DNA from: a virus
IMG/VR virus record: IMGVR_UViG_3300044701_003563
Length of the DNA stretch: 64,000 bases
Strand: one strand, 5' to 3'
The position numbers and the translations under genes were made by a program. The notes under the pieces are model-generated. The model saw only the letters and a list, made by a program, of their open reading frames with translations, had not been told where the DNA came from and made no database searches. Below are positions 48,470-57,339 of this stretch, in pieces. Position 1 is the stretch's first letter. Each line of letters opens with the position of its first letter.

Positions 48470-48640
48470 CGTTCCTTCAGTCGGCTTTTGCGTCTATTTT
48501 GCACTCCTTCGGAGATATTTGCTTCACCTCCCAAATCAAATCATTTCGGATCTGCTTTGGCAATGAGTATGCATTAACCCGAGAAACAATCAATTGTGCT
48601 TGTAAACAAGTTAGAATGAGTGCTTCCATAGATGAACGAT
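48470..48640 (-). ncRNA. Glutamine riboswitch aptamer 2 (glnA / Downstream-peptide family) with a greatly enlarged P2 loop
   Basis: ATCGTTCA-TCTAT...ATAGA-CGCAAAAGCCGACTGAAGGAACG. Confidence 0.8.
48477..48629 (-). CDS. 50-aa ORF nested within riboswitch aptamer 2
   Basis: MEALILTCLQAQLIVSRVNAYSLPKQIRNDLIWEVKQISPKECKIDAKAD*. Confidence 0.55.
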   Translation of the reverse strand: MEALILTCLQAQLIVSRVNAYSLPKQIRNDLIWEVKQISPKECKIDAKAD

Positions 48641-48641
48641 C

Positions 48642-48693
48642 CGTTCCGAGTCGGCTTACTTCCGTTTGCTATTTGCAAATAGCAAATGAACGT
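48642..48693 (-). ncRNA. Glutamine riboswitch aptamer 1
   Basis: ACGTTCA-TTTGCTATTT/AAATAGCAAA-CGGAAGTAAGCCGACTCGGAACG. Confidence 0.8.
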
Positions 48694-48699
48694 AGAGGC

Positions 48700-48751
48700 A
48701 TTCTAATCCTCATTATTTATGTAGTCAAGTCAGTTTGTAACACTTGTTACA
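48700..48751 (-). promoter_or_regulatory. Sigma70 promoter with an embedded late promoter and an upstream NtcA-like box
   Basis: TTGACT-N17-TAGAAT (48728-48700); CATAAATA in the spacer; TGTA-N8-TACA at 48736-48751. Confidence 0.65.
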
Positions 48752-48752
48752 A

Positions 48753-49079
48753 TTACCTTTCAATATAACTCAATGTATGATTGGTTGCGTAGAGTTGTTG
48801 AATGATTATATCACATCCAATTTTTGGTTGACAATCACCACAAGTATAAACATCACATGCTGCCTTTCCTTCCTCTGGCCATGTATGAATACTAATATGA
48901 CTTTCTGAAAGTAAACAAATTACCGTAACCCCTTGAGGATCAAACTTCTTATAAATCGTTTGACATACAGTTGCTCCACTTGCTGCCGCTGCATTTTCAA
49001 GTAGATCAATAAGAAAATGCTCATCGTTCAAAAGAACGAATGAGCATCCGTAGAGATTGAGTAAGTAATGCTTGCCCAT
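48753..49079 (-). CDS. speD: S-adenosylmethionine decarboxylase proenzyme
   Basis: GKHYLLNLYGC...FDPQGVT...LLSESHISIHTWPE...DVYTCG. Confidence 0.92.
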   Translation of the reverse strand: MGKHYLLNLYGCSFVLLNDEHFLIDLLENAAAASGATVCQTIYKKFDPQGVTVICLLSESHISIHTWPEEGKAACDVYTCGDCQPKIGCDIIIQQLYATNHTLSYIER

Positions 49080-49285
49080 TATTCTGGATTATTCTCCATA
49101 TATTCATTTACTAATTTTTGGACGATATCTTCTCTTCCGTCGAGTTTATTTATAGTATGGATATTAGATTTTTTAAATTTTCTAATTTTTTTATATCTTT
49201 TAATTAATTTAGTTACTTCTGCTTGATTGATAATAGATTGAATTTTTCCAACCTCTTCTTCCTTTTTATCCGAGAATCCTTTCAT
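49079..49285 (-). CDS. Hypothetical protein
   Basis: 68-aa ORF, tightly packed in the operon. Confidence 0.65.
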   Translation of the reverse strand: MKGFSDKKEEEVGKIQSIINQAEVTKLIKRYKKIRKFKKSNIHTINKLDGREDIVQKLVNEYMENNPE

Positions 49286-49587
49286 TTCTTTTTATTTTTA
49301 CTTTTTGATTGATACCCCCAAAGTTTTGGGTTAACTTTTCCATATCCCCATCCAATGTCCCGAACAACTCCAGGACCAAACTTATCATAATATAAATCAA
49401 ATATTTTTACTCTTGTACCTCTACAAAGGTCCATAAAAATTTTATTTTCTATCTCATACTTTATAATGTATGCATCAAGAGGCCATGATGGATCTTTCAA
49501 TTGTTCCATGGTTGCGTTTTCAACTAAAATAGTGCAACCATATTTTGGAGGCAGATTTTTCTTTTCTTCAGAAGACCAAGATTCCAT
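49282..49587 (-). CDS. Conserved cyanophage hypothetical protein
   Basis: IFDLYYDKFG...GYGKVNPKLWG; start at MESW with GGAGG SD. Confidence 0.7.
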   Translation of the reverse strand: MESWSSEEKKNLPPKYGCTILVENATMEQLKDPSWPLDAYIIKYEIENKIFMDLCRGTRVKIFDLYYDKFGPGVVRDIGWGYGKVNPKLWGYQSKSKNKKK

Positions 49588-49613
49588 TTTTACGTCTACC
49601 TCCGTATTTACAT

Positions 49614-50198
49614 TCAAGACCTTCCTCCCCAAGTAATTTCAGGATAGGCTTGGGATATAATGTCCTTTGTTATTTTATATTTATTTTGCAACTTCTTATC
49701 TTTTACCAAAATCATAATTTCAGCTTCAAACGGATGCAATCCAGAAAGCATGTTAATAAACATGGTTTCTTTTTTCATTTGAGTAATTTGATTATTGCCG
49801 TTTCTGCAATAAATATAAAAATTTTGATATTCATTACGAATGGAAGTTTTGTTTTTTTCTTCTACAAAATCTTCAGTTCCATAATAACCACTGGTCTTTA
49901 AACCTTGATTCTTAGTTTTACTATTGACAAGATCACTAAGGTTTCCGCCAACAGAAGTTTGCTCATCAACACCAGCATAAGGAACATCTCCCTCTGGCAA
50001 AATAGAGACAACACTCTCATCAAAATTCATAATAAGAATCGTAGTGAGAGCAGGATTTTTATATGCTTGGAGAGTCTCTACTTTTTGAGCTACTGTTCTT
50101 TGCTTAGAAACAGCTCCAAGAATTTCGTGCATGAATGGATTTGGCTGAAGTTTTGGAACAGACCATTCAATCTTCGTCTTCGTCTTCGTTGTAGTCAT
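49614..50198 (-). CDS. Conserved T4-like phage hypothetical protein
   Basis: PNPFMHEIL...NFDESVVSILPEGDVPY...ETMFINMLSGLHP.EAE. Confidence 0.8.
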   Translation of the reverse strand: MTTTKTKTKIEWSVPKLQPNPFMHEILGAVSKQRTVAQKVETLQAYKNPALTTILIMNFDESVVSILPEGDVPYAGVDEQTSVGGNLSDLVNSKTKNQGLKTSGYYGTEDFVEEKNKTSIRNEYQNFYIYCRNGNNQITQMKKETMFINMLSGLHPFEAEIMILVKDKKLQNKYKITKDIISQAYPEITWGGRS

Positions 50199-50409
50199 AG
50201 TATGATTCAGGATAAAAATTAACAGCTATAGTTTGATCTGGCAATATATTGCCATTTTCGTCGAGCATTTCTGGATGTATGTTATGAGGCAACTTAAAGA
50301 ATTTTTCATTTAAAAATTCTTTTGCTATCCAACCAACAACTCCCCCAAGAATAAAAAACATTACTGTGAATAAAACAGTAAAGGTTACAACAAAAGGCAG
50401 TACTTCCAT
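50167..50409 (-). CDS. Small membrane protein
   Basis: One transmembrane helix followed by HPEMLDENGN motif. Confidence 0.75.
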   Translation of the reverse strand: MEVLPFVVTFTVLFTVMFFILGGVVGWIAKEFLNEKFFKLPHNIHPEMLDENGNILPDQTIAVNFYPESYYDYNEDEDED

Positions 50410-50429
50410 TGGTTTTCCTCCTTAGAGAG

Positions 50430-50633
50430 TTACTTTTTTTTAATATCAATTCCGAAATCAAAGTTTATTTGTATCTCTCTTTTTAGGAGAGATAATGTTT
50501 TTTCAAATCTAAAATTAAATGTTTTAGATTTGAAAACTTTTTTCCCTCCATGTTGCCGTAACATTAATTCAAACCCCCGATTTATGTGAGGTTCTTCTTT
50601 ATTTAGATCTGTTTTATCATTGTTTTCTTGCAT
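50430..50633 (-). CDS. Hypothetical protein
   Basis: INRGFELMLR motif; packed in the operon. Confidence 0.65.
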   Translation of the reverse strand: MQENNDKTDLNKEEPHINRGFELMLRQHGGKKVFKSKTFNFRFEKTLSLLKREIQINFDFGIDIKKK

Positions 50634-50875
50634 CAACTTACTATTTTATTTTCTTTTAAAAATTTTACGGTTTCAATACATCCCCCCAGAGAAACATCAT
50701 TATCTAAAATTACCTGAGGAAAGGAAGATTCACTTCCAAATTTTTCTAAAAATTCTTCTTTAGTAAAGTCTTCATCCAAATAATAAATCGTGTGATCAAC
50801 ATTTGTCAAACCCAATACCCTTTGAATTTTTTCACAGTATGGGCATCCATTTTTTGAATATACAGTAAATTTCAT
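50633..50875 (-). CDS. nrdC: Glutaredoxin
   Basis: CPYC active site; SFPQV; LGGC. Confidence 0.92.
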   Translation of the reverse strand: MKFTVYSKNGCPYCEKIQRVLGLTNVDHTIYYLDEDFTKEEFLEKFGSESSFPQVILDNDVSLGGCIETVKFLKENKIVS

Positions 50876-50923
50876 TTTAGTTTTAAGGTTGAGATGGAAT
50901 TATAGCACATAAAAAACAAATGA

Positions 50924-53203
50924 TCAAATGACTTTTAACTGGTCTATAGTTTTAAATTGTGCATTTGATCTCCACCATTCTAAGGAAATATTAAATGAAT
51001 TTTGATGATGATGATCAGTTTCTCCAGTTCTTATTCCAGTGGCATTAAAATAACTTGAAGGGCAATTTTGAATATCCTCAACAAATAATGGGAACGAATA
51101 AACTTTCCCAAAGTTTGAATATATTATAGTTTCAATCACAGGTATTCTAGCCCATTCCTCTCTGGCAAACATATCCTGTCCAACATAATCTAGAGTAAAG
51201 GTATCATTTGGATAATATGTTTCTACCAATTTTCTTGCATGTTCTCTACTTATTAAGTAGGCACATCCAGACCAATCACACCAACATCTGTTTCTGAATC
51301 CAATGCTGAATCTGTGAAAATCTTCTCGCAATAAACACAACTGAACACATTCCCAATCCTCTGGCAGAGAATTAAAAAATTCTTTCCATGTAAAGTTCCA
51401 ATACTTTACAGTTTGAAATCCCAAGTCATCCTCACAAATAAAAGTATACGGTTCATTGGTTTCATAATACCATTCTTTAATGGCCTTCAAATGGGAAGTA
51501 ACTGGACCTCTACTTCCAATACTTAATCTGTGTAAAAGTTGAGATTCTATTTTATGTTCTTCATCATTATATCTTTTATATATTCTGGGAGTTACATTTT
51601 CAATCCCATATTCTTCAAATTTTTTATGTAAAATATTTCTTCTATCTTCCGTTTCTTCTATGCTTATATAATTTACAGATGGAAATCCTTCAAACTTTAT
51701 CTTATTATCATCAATTACATTATGAATAAAACAGAGTTCACTAATATCAAAATCTTTGATCGTTTCATTAACTGCTTGTTTTACCCCAGGAAACCAATCA
51801 TATCTTCCATCATCTGGATAATAATCATGTCCTGCCAATATTCCACCAGGCTTTACTTTTGAAATCCAATTTTGAATATCTCTTTTTACATCTTCATATT
51901 CATGAGAAGCATCCAAGAAAACAAATTTTAAAGACTTATCTTTGAATTTTTTTGATGCTTCTTCGGATGTCATTTTTAGAGGAAAATAATATTTTTCAAC
52001 TGGCTTCATATTTGCCATGAATGTTTCATAAAGAGTTGGCAAAGATTCTTTTTCCGAATTATTTAAATGCTCTATGCTACCTTCCCACGTATCAATAACG
52101 TATAAAGTAATATCTTTTTTGGAATTAGCAATTTCTACAGCAAGGCAGGAAGTTGATCTACCTTTCCATGCACCAACTTCAACAAAAATATCACCATCTT
52201 TCGCCAAATTAACTACGTTCTTATACAAATTTGGATATGAAAACCAGTTTTCTCCAAAAATACTATCATCTTGCCAATAATGATCTAATGCTATTTCATC
52301 TTCAATATTTTCTAAATCTATTCTGTTTTCATTTAAAGAATTAGAAACCTTTTTATTAATTTTCATTATTCTATTATGCCACCATTTAAGAACTTCATTT
52401 TGAACTTCTTGTAATTTTTCCTCATCATGTAAAAGAAGTTTGCATTTATGAACTACTTCATCCCAACTTCTGCCCAAAATCCATGGAGGAGATTCTTCAT
52501 ATTTAAAAGTTTGCGATATTTCATTAACGGATCCAACTACGCATGGTATAGACCCACACATTGATGCTTCGTACAATCTATAGCAATCTAAAGTAGAATT
52601 TCCTCGTCCACAAGGAACAAATTTTGATTGAAGATATCTTTCAATCATATCATCTTTTGAAGTATTAGTGGCATAGGTATGAGAATGTATTTGGGAAAAT
52701 TTATCCAACATCTCCCATCTATCATTTTTCATATCTCCCACCCATCCCCAATTATAAGATCTATTTTTTATTTTTGGTATTTTTTCAAATGAATCTGGGA
52801 AAAAATCCATAAAATCTAAACCAGCATCATTACAATAACCCAAAGGGATATGAGCAGTATTTTCAAAATACTCATATCCTTCATGATGATATTGTCTGAG
52901 ATAAAGATTACAATATTTTGATAATCTATTGTAATGATTTAAATCTTCATTCTTATATTCATCGGATAATTGAATTATTATTTTGGGGTTTACTATGTTT
53001 ACAATGTTTATGATTTCATTAAATGATTTCTTTCTACAATTAAAAACTAAAACATCAAACAATCCATGAACATTTTCTATTGTAGGTGAGAAGGTCAATT
53101 CTTTATTTTTGTCCGATGGCAATAAAGTATCTACAATATAATCAGTTTCCCATACCTTTTCTTTATTTTCATCCAAAAACAAAACTCTAATATCTTCAAT
53201 CAT
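50924..53203 (-). CDS. Three-domain fusion: exostosin/GT47-like + class I SAM methyltransferase + GT25-like glycosyltransferase
   Basis: SKFVPCGRGN..DCYRLYEA; FVEVGAWKGRS...VFLDASHEY...GGILAGHDY; VNYISI...SHLKAI...ICEDD. Confidence 0.78.
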   Translation of the reverse strand: MIEDIRVLFLDENKEKVWETDYIVDTLLPSDKNKELTFSPTIENVHGLFDVLVFNCRKKSFNEIINIVNIVNPKIIIQLSDEYKNEDLNHYNRLSKYCNLYLRQYHHEGYEYFENTAHIPLGYCNDAGLDFMDFFPDSFEKIPKIKNRSYNWGWVGDMKNDRWEMLDKFSQIHSHTYATNTSKDDMIERYLQSKFVPCGRGNSTLDCYRLYEASMCGSIPCVVGSVNEISQTFKYEESPPWILGRSWDEVVHKCKLLLHDEEKLQEVQNEVLKWWHNRIMKINKKVSNSLNENRIDLENIEDEIALDHYWQDDSIFGENWFSYPNLYKNVVNLAKDGDIFVEVGAWKGRSTSCLAVEIANSKKDITLYVIDTWEGSIEHLNNSEKESLPTLYETFMANMKPVEKYYFPLKMTSEEASKKFKDKSLKFVFLDASHEYEDVKRDIQNWISKVKPGGILAGHDYYPDDGRYDWFPGVKQAVNETIKDFDISELCFIHNVIDDNKIKFEGFPSVNYISIEETEDRRNILHKKFEEYGIENVTPRIYKRYNDEEHKIESQLLHRLSIGSRGPVTSHLKAIKEWYYETNEPYTFICEDDLGFQTVKYWNFTWKEFFNSLPEDWECVQLCLLREDFHRFSIGFRNRCWCDWSGCAYLISREHARKLVETYYPNDTFTLDYVGQDMFAREEWARIPVIETIIYSNFGKVYSFPLFVEDIQNCPSSYFNATGIRTGETDHHHQNSFNISLEWWRSNAQFKTIDQLKVI

Positions 53204-53231
53204 TTTACAAATCACTTATTTTTTAACTTAT

Positions 53232-54122
53232 TTATTCCTTTGATCTAAGCTTCGCATAATCAAAAATCTTTTGAGGAACATTGATCTCAAGTGCTTCTTC
53301 AAATCCTTTAAACCCTGGAGCAGAGTTTGCCTCACAAATTTTATAACCATCCTCATGAAATAAAAGATCAACACCAGCAATATCAAGATCAAGAACCTTA
53401 GCAACTTGAATTGCCAAAAGTTCCATCTGATCATCTACTTCAATACCTTCACCAACTCCACCTCTGGATATATTTGCTTTAAAAGATCCATCAACTGATT
53501 TCCTTTGCATCGCACCAATAACCCTACCACCTACAACAATCACACGAATATCTCGTCCCTTCGATTGATCAATATATTCTTGAACAATCATGGAACTTTT
53601 AAAATCTATTGATGAAATAAGTTCTGAAAGATCTTCAAATTGCTTTGCATTTTCACAAAGATAAACTCCAGCACCGTGAGATCCCGTGACAACTTTCATA
53701 ACGCAGGGAAAACCTACTTGCTTTTCAACTAAGTCACTATTACTTGGAAACCGAGTAAGCATTGTTTTGGGAATGGGAAGACCCGCCTGCCCAAAAATTT
53801 GCATAGCATACATCTTATCCTTTGCAGCTTCAATCGAATTTGAATTGGGAAGTGTAGGGACATTCAACCTTTCAAACTGACGAAGCACGGAAAGATTATA
53901 ATATCCAGTACTACTTCCAGTACGAGCAAGAACTACATCAGGAAGAGCAACAGCATCATTAAGATATCGAATTGATTTACGATCATCCCGCGATACAATC
54001 AAATCCAATTCATCTGCATAAACTACAGAAAAATCGATACCATATTTATTTGATTCTTCTATAAATCGATCTCTCTCATAAGTTTCCTTTGTGAGACGAT
54101 TACATAACATCCAGAGTTTCAT
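53232..54122 (-). CDS. rimK: RimK-family ATP-grasp glutamate ligase
   Basis: FPCVMKVVTGSHGAGV; IVQEYI...DIRVIVVGG; FKANISRGG; AGVDLL; CEANSAPGF. Confidence 0.9.
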   Translation of the reverse strand: MKLWMLCNRLTKETYERDRFIEESNKYGIDFSVVYADELDLIVSRDDRKSIRYLNDAVALPDVVLARTGSSTGYYNLSVLRQFERLNVPTLPNSNSIEAAKDKMYAMQIFGQAGLPIPKTMLTRFPSNSDLVEKQVGFPCVMKVVTGSHGAGVYLCENAKQFEDLSELISSIDFKSSMIVQEYIDQSKGRDIRVIVVGGRVIGAMQRKSVDGSFKANISRGGVGEGIEVDDQMELLAIQVAKVLDLDIAGVDLLFHEDGYKICEANSAPGFKGFEEALEINVPQKIFDYAKLRSKE

Positions 54123-54151
54123 AAAAATATAAAAGTTTTACATAATTATAA

Positions 54152-54226
54152 TTATATGTCTTGTGCAATAGACAATACAAACATGAAAATCCCGAAAGCA
54201 ATAAAAGTTGCGAGTATTAGAAGCAT
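54152..54226 (-). CDS. Putative 24-aa single-transmembrane peptide
   Basis: MLLILATFIAFGIFMFVLSIAQDI; ATG abuts the psbD terminator. Confidence 0.45.
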   Translation of the reverse strand: MLLILATFIAFGIFMFVLSIAQDI

Positions 54227-54254
54227 AAAAAAAAGGAGTTCTTGTGGAACTCCT
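54227..54254 (-). terminator. Intrinsic terminator after psbD
   Basis: GGAGTTC-CACAA-GAACTCC-T8. Confidence 0.85.
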
Positions 54255-54263
54255 CTATTTATT

Positions 54264-55325
54264 TTAAAGTGCGTTACCTCTTGGTAGAACTTCCTCAGGG
54301 AACACAAAGTTCTCATGAGGTTGGTCTACTGGTGCCATCCAGGCACGAAGACCTTCATTGAGTAGAATATTCTTTGTGTAGAACGTTTCAAACTCAGGAT
54401 CTTCTGCTGCACGAATCTCCTGACTCACAAAATCGTAAGCACGAAGATTAAGGGCAAGACCAATGATACCAATGCTGGAAGTCCAAAGACCCATGACAGG
54501 CACAAATAACATGAAGAAATGAAGCCAACGCTTATTGCTAAAAGCAATACCGAAGATCTGACTCCAGAATCTGTTAGCCGTAACCATAGAATACGTCTCT
54601 TCCTCTTGAGTCGGTTCAAATGCCTTGAATGTGTTTGCTTGTTCACTGTCTTCAAATAGTGTGTTTTCTACAGTTGCTCCGTGAATAGCACAGAGCAGTG
54701 CTCCACCCAGTATACCAGCAACTCCCATCATATGGAAGGGGTTGAGGGTCCAGTTGTGGAAACCCTGAAGAAACAGAAGGAACCTGAAGATTGCTGCGAC
54801 TCCAAAAGAGGGAGCAAAGAACCAACTGGATTGACCCAGTGGATACATCAGGAACACAGAAACGAATACTGCAATAGGACCAGAGAATGCGATTGCATTG
54901 TAAGGACGAATGCCTACAAGACGGGCAATCTCAAACTGACGAAGCATAAATCCAATTAGAGCGAAAGCCCCGTGGAGTGCCACAAAAGGCCAGAGTCCCC
55001 CAAGTTGGAACCACCTGACGATATCCCCTTGAGACTCAGGACCCCAGAGAAGCATAAGAGAATGACCCATAGAATCTGCTGGAGTAGAAACTGCCGCAGT
55101 AAGAAAGTTTGCACCCTCCAGATAGGAACTTGCCAACCCGTGAGTATACCAACTCGTAACGAAAGTTGTCCCAGTAAGCCAACCACCAAGAGCAAGGTAA
55201 GCAGTGGGAAAAAGAAGAAGTCCAGACCAGCCAACAAAAACGAAACGATCTCTTTTAAGCCAGTCATCGAGTACATCGAACCATCCTCTCTGTGAATTTG
55301 ATTGTGTTAGTGCTGATGAAACCAT
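54264..55325 (-). CDS. psbD: Photosystem II D2 protein
   Basis: [23 protein letters not shown]...[10 protein letters not shown]. Confidence 0.99.
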   Translation of the reverse strand: MVSSALTQSNSQRGWFDVLDDWLKRDRFVFVGWSGLLLFPTAYLALGGWLTGTTFVTSWYTHGLASSYLEGANFLTAAVSTPADSMGHSLMLLWGPESQGDIVRWFQLGGLWPFVALHGAFALIGFMLRQFEIARLVGIRPYNAIAFSGPIAVFVSVFLMYPLGQSSWFFAPSFGVAAIFRFLLFLQGFHNWTLNPFHMMGVAGILGGALLCAIHGATVENTLFEDSEQANTFKAFEPTQEEETYSMVTANRFWSQIFGIAFSNKRWLHFFMLFVPVMGLWTSSIGIIGLALNLRAYDFVSQEIRAAEDPEFETFYTKNILLNEGLRAWMAPVDQPHENFVFPEEVLPRGNAL

Positions 55326-55346
55326 ATCCTCCTCATTTATTTACAG

Positions 55347-55380
55347 TATTTATCTTAACACTTCTTAACAAAGAAGTCAA
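55347..55380 (-). promoter_or_regulatory. psbD promoter (sigma70 plus overlapping late element)
   Basis: TTGACT-N17-TAAGAT overlapping GATAAATA. Confidence 0.75.
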
Positions 55381-55393
55381 TGAGTATTAGTGC

Positions 55394-55516
55394 TCATCCC
55401 CAATAAATCTGACCGAGAGTGAACAGGACAAACACAAGGATCGTAAATACCATCATACCTACTCCTGCCCAGATTACCCAGGGTTCCATAGGTTCGTGTT
55501 GAGGATTATGAGACAT
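55394..55516 (-). CDS. Putative 40-aa single-transmembrane peptide between psbA and psbD
   Basis: MSHNPQHEPMEPWVIWAGVGMMVFTILVFVLFTLGQIYWG. Confidence 0.55.
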   Translation of the reverse strand: MSHNPQHEPMEPWVIWAGVGMMVFTILVFVLFTLGQIYWG

Positions 55517-55543
55517 AAAAAAAGAGGGTTGTTATACCCTCTT
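55517..55543 (-). terminator. Intrinsic terminator after psbA
   Basis: GAGGGT-ATAACA-ACCCTC-T7. Confidence 0.85.
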
Positions 55544-55569
55544 AATTATATCAGTTATTCAGTTTTATA

Positions 55570-56649
55570 TCAACCAATGGCAGGAGCAGTCAGAGCAACA
55601 GGAGTTGACTCAGCAGCAGCAAGGTCCAGAGGGAAGTTGTGAGCATTGCGCTCGTGCATTACTTCCATTCCAAGTCCAGCACGGTTCAGAACATCTGCCC
55701 AAGTGTTGAGCACACGACCCTGACCATCAATGATGCTCTGGTTGAAGTTGAAACCATTCAGGTTGAATGCCATGGTGCTAACACCAAGAGCAGTAAACCA
55801 GATGCCTACAACAGGCCAGGCAGCAAGGAAGAAGTGCAGTGAACGAGAGTTGTTGAACGAAGCATATTGGAAGATCAGACGACCGAAATACCCGTGAGCA
55901 GCAACAATGTTGTAGGTCTCTTCTTCTTGACCGAACTTGTAACCATAGTTCTGAGATTCGGTTTCAGTAGTTTCACGAACCAGTGAAGAAGTCACCAGTG
56001 AACCGTGCATAGCACTGAAGAGTGAACCACCGAACACACCAGCAACTCCAAGCATGTGGAAGGGGTGCATCAGGATATTGTGTTCTGCTTGGAAGACAAG
56101 CATGTAGTTAAACGTACCAGAGATACCCAAAGGCATCGCATCAGAGAAAGAACCTTGACCGAAAGGATAGACCAGGAATACAGCAGATGCAGCAGCAACA
56201 GGAGCACTATAAGCAACGCAGATCCAAGGACGCATACCCAGACGATAGGAGAGTTCCCATTCACGTCCCATGTAAGCATAGATGCCGATGAGGAAGTGAA
56301 ATACAACAAGTTGGAAAGGTCCACCGTTATAAAGCCATTCATCAAGAGATGCAGCTTCCCAGATGGGGTAGAAGTGCAGACCAATCGCATTAGAAGAAGG
56401 AACAACGGCACCAGAGATGATGTTGTTTCCGTACATCAGAGAACCAGCAACTGGTTCACGAATTCCATCAATGTCCACAGGAGGAGCACCGATGAATGCG
56501 ATAATGAAGCAAGTCGTAGCAGCAAGCAAGCAAGGGATCATAAGGACTCCAAACCAACCAACATAGATGCGGTTATCGGTGGAGGTGATCCAATTGCAGA
56601 ACTGTTCCCAAGTATTCGATTGTCGTTGTTGTGAAATTGTAGCAGTCAT
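55570..56649 (-). CDS. psbA: Photosystem II D1 protein (intron-less)
   Basis: MTATISQQR...[15 protein letters not shown]...HNFPLDLA; start at MTAT. Confidence 0.99.
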   Translation of the reverse strand: MTATISQQRQSNTWEQFCNWITSTDNRIYVGWFGVLMIPCLLAATTCFIIAFIGAPPVDIDGIREPVAGSLMYGNNIISGAVVPSSNAIGLHFYPIWEAASLDEWLYNGGPFQLVVFHFLIGIYAYMGREWELSYRLGMRPWICVAYSAPVAAASAVFLVYPFGQGSFSDAMPLGISGTFNYMLVFQAEHNILMHPFHMLGVAGVFGGSLFSAMHGSLVTSSLVRETTETESQNYGYKFGQEEETYNIVAAHGYFGRLIFQYASFNNSRSLHFFLAAWPVVGIWFTALGVSTMAFNLNGFNFNQSIIDGQGRVLNTWADVLNRAGLGMEVMHERNAHNFPLDLAAAESTPVALTAPAIG

Positions 56650-56654
56650 TGTTT

Positions 56655-56767
56655 TAAAAAGTAGTAAGACCATCAGGGACATGGTGGAGTTACTATGCTC
56701 CCCGCACCCTCAGCGGGGATATGAGAGACGTATTTACCCTCCCTTAGGTCTCGGTTAACGGGAGCAC
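56655..56767 (-). ncRNA. Structured psbA 5' UTR, PhotoRC-II-like RNA motif
   Basis: ACCGAGACC...GTCTCTCATATCCCCGCTGAGGGTGCGGGGA...ACCAT-GTCCCTG-ATGGT hairpins upstream of cyanophage psbA. Confidence 0.65.
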
Positions 56768-56805
56768 AATCTTTAAGAAACTTTACATTCCTTAACTTGT
56801 TGATG

Positions 56806-56839
56806 TATTTATAATAACACTGTCAGCAATCCCTGTCAA
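56806..56839 (-). promoter_or_regulatory. psbA promoter (sigma70 plus overlapping late promoter)
   Basis: TTGACA-N17-TATTAT overlapping TATAAATA. Confidence 0.8.
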
Positions 56840-56865
56840 TAGGTCCAATTGCCTAAGTGGCACAG

Positions 56866-56894
56866 TATAAATAGAAACCACCTTTTTATAAATA
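56866..56894 (+). promoter_or_regulatory. Two T4-type late promoters
   Basis: TATAAATA at 56866-56873 and 56887-56894. Confidence 0.7.
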
Positions 56895-56919
56895 TTTGAG
56901 TGTTATTTGGAGCACCGCA

Positions 56920-57033
56920 GTGGCAAAATCTGCAAACAAGGGCAAAAAAGGTTCTGCTGGCGGAAAGCAGTCAAAACAAAATTCTGGCAATGCTACTGCC
57001 AAGAAAGCAAAGAATGGTGGGAAGAAAAAATAA
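56920..57033 (+). CDS. 37-aa Lys/Gly-rich basic peptide
   Basis: GTG start with GGAG SD; MAKSANKGKKGSAGGKQSKQNSGNATAKKAKNGGKKK. Confidence 0.6.
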   Translation: MAKSANKGKKGSAGGKQSKQNSGNATAKKAKNGGKKK

Positions 57034-57045
57034 TTTACTTTTAAT

Positions 57046-57339
57046 ATGAAATTTAAATATCCAACATTAGATAATATAGTTCCAATATTAGTTGCATTTG
57101 TTGCAGCATCTATTGTTGGAATGACATTTACTAATTTTGTAATTTGCAATTTTAAAATAACTTATAGTATACAATATTTGTATTTAATAAAGGCATTTGA
57201 TCGAAATGGAGCAACAAAGCCACCAAGTAAATGTGACGATAACACTTCAGAATCTATACAAACTTTAATGTCTTTGCTTGCTACTATTATTGCACTTAAA
57301 GCAGATCTTAAGAAAAAACCAGAAGAACATGATAATTGA
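57046..57339 (+). CDS. Hypothetical membrane protein
   Basis: Two hydrophobic segments flanking a region with two Cys. Confidence 0.6.
   Translation: MKFKYPTLDNIVPILVAFVAASIVGMTFTNFVICNFKITYSIQYLYLIKAFDRNGATKPPSKCDDNTSESIQTLMSLLATIIALKADLKKKPEEHDN

Noticed and set aside
48499-48768. 89-aa plus-strand ORF across the riboswitch
   Set aside because: TTG start, antisense to the riboswitch and its promoter. The minus-strand nested ORF fits the local architecture better.
54425-56758. Several alternative-frame and antisense ORFs over psbA and psbD
   Set aside because: Shadow ORFs of GC-richer, codon-biased genes. No intron or homing endonuclease interrupts either gene.
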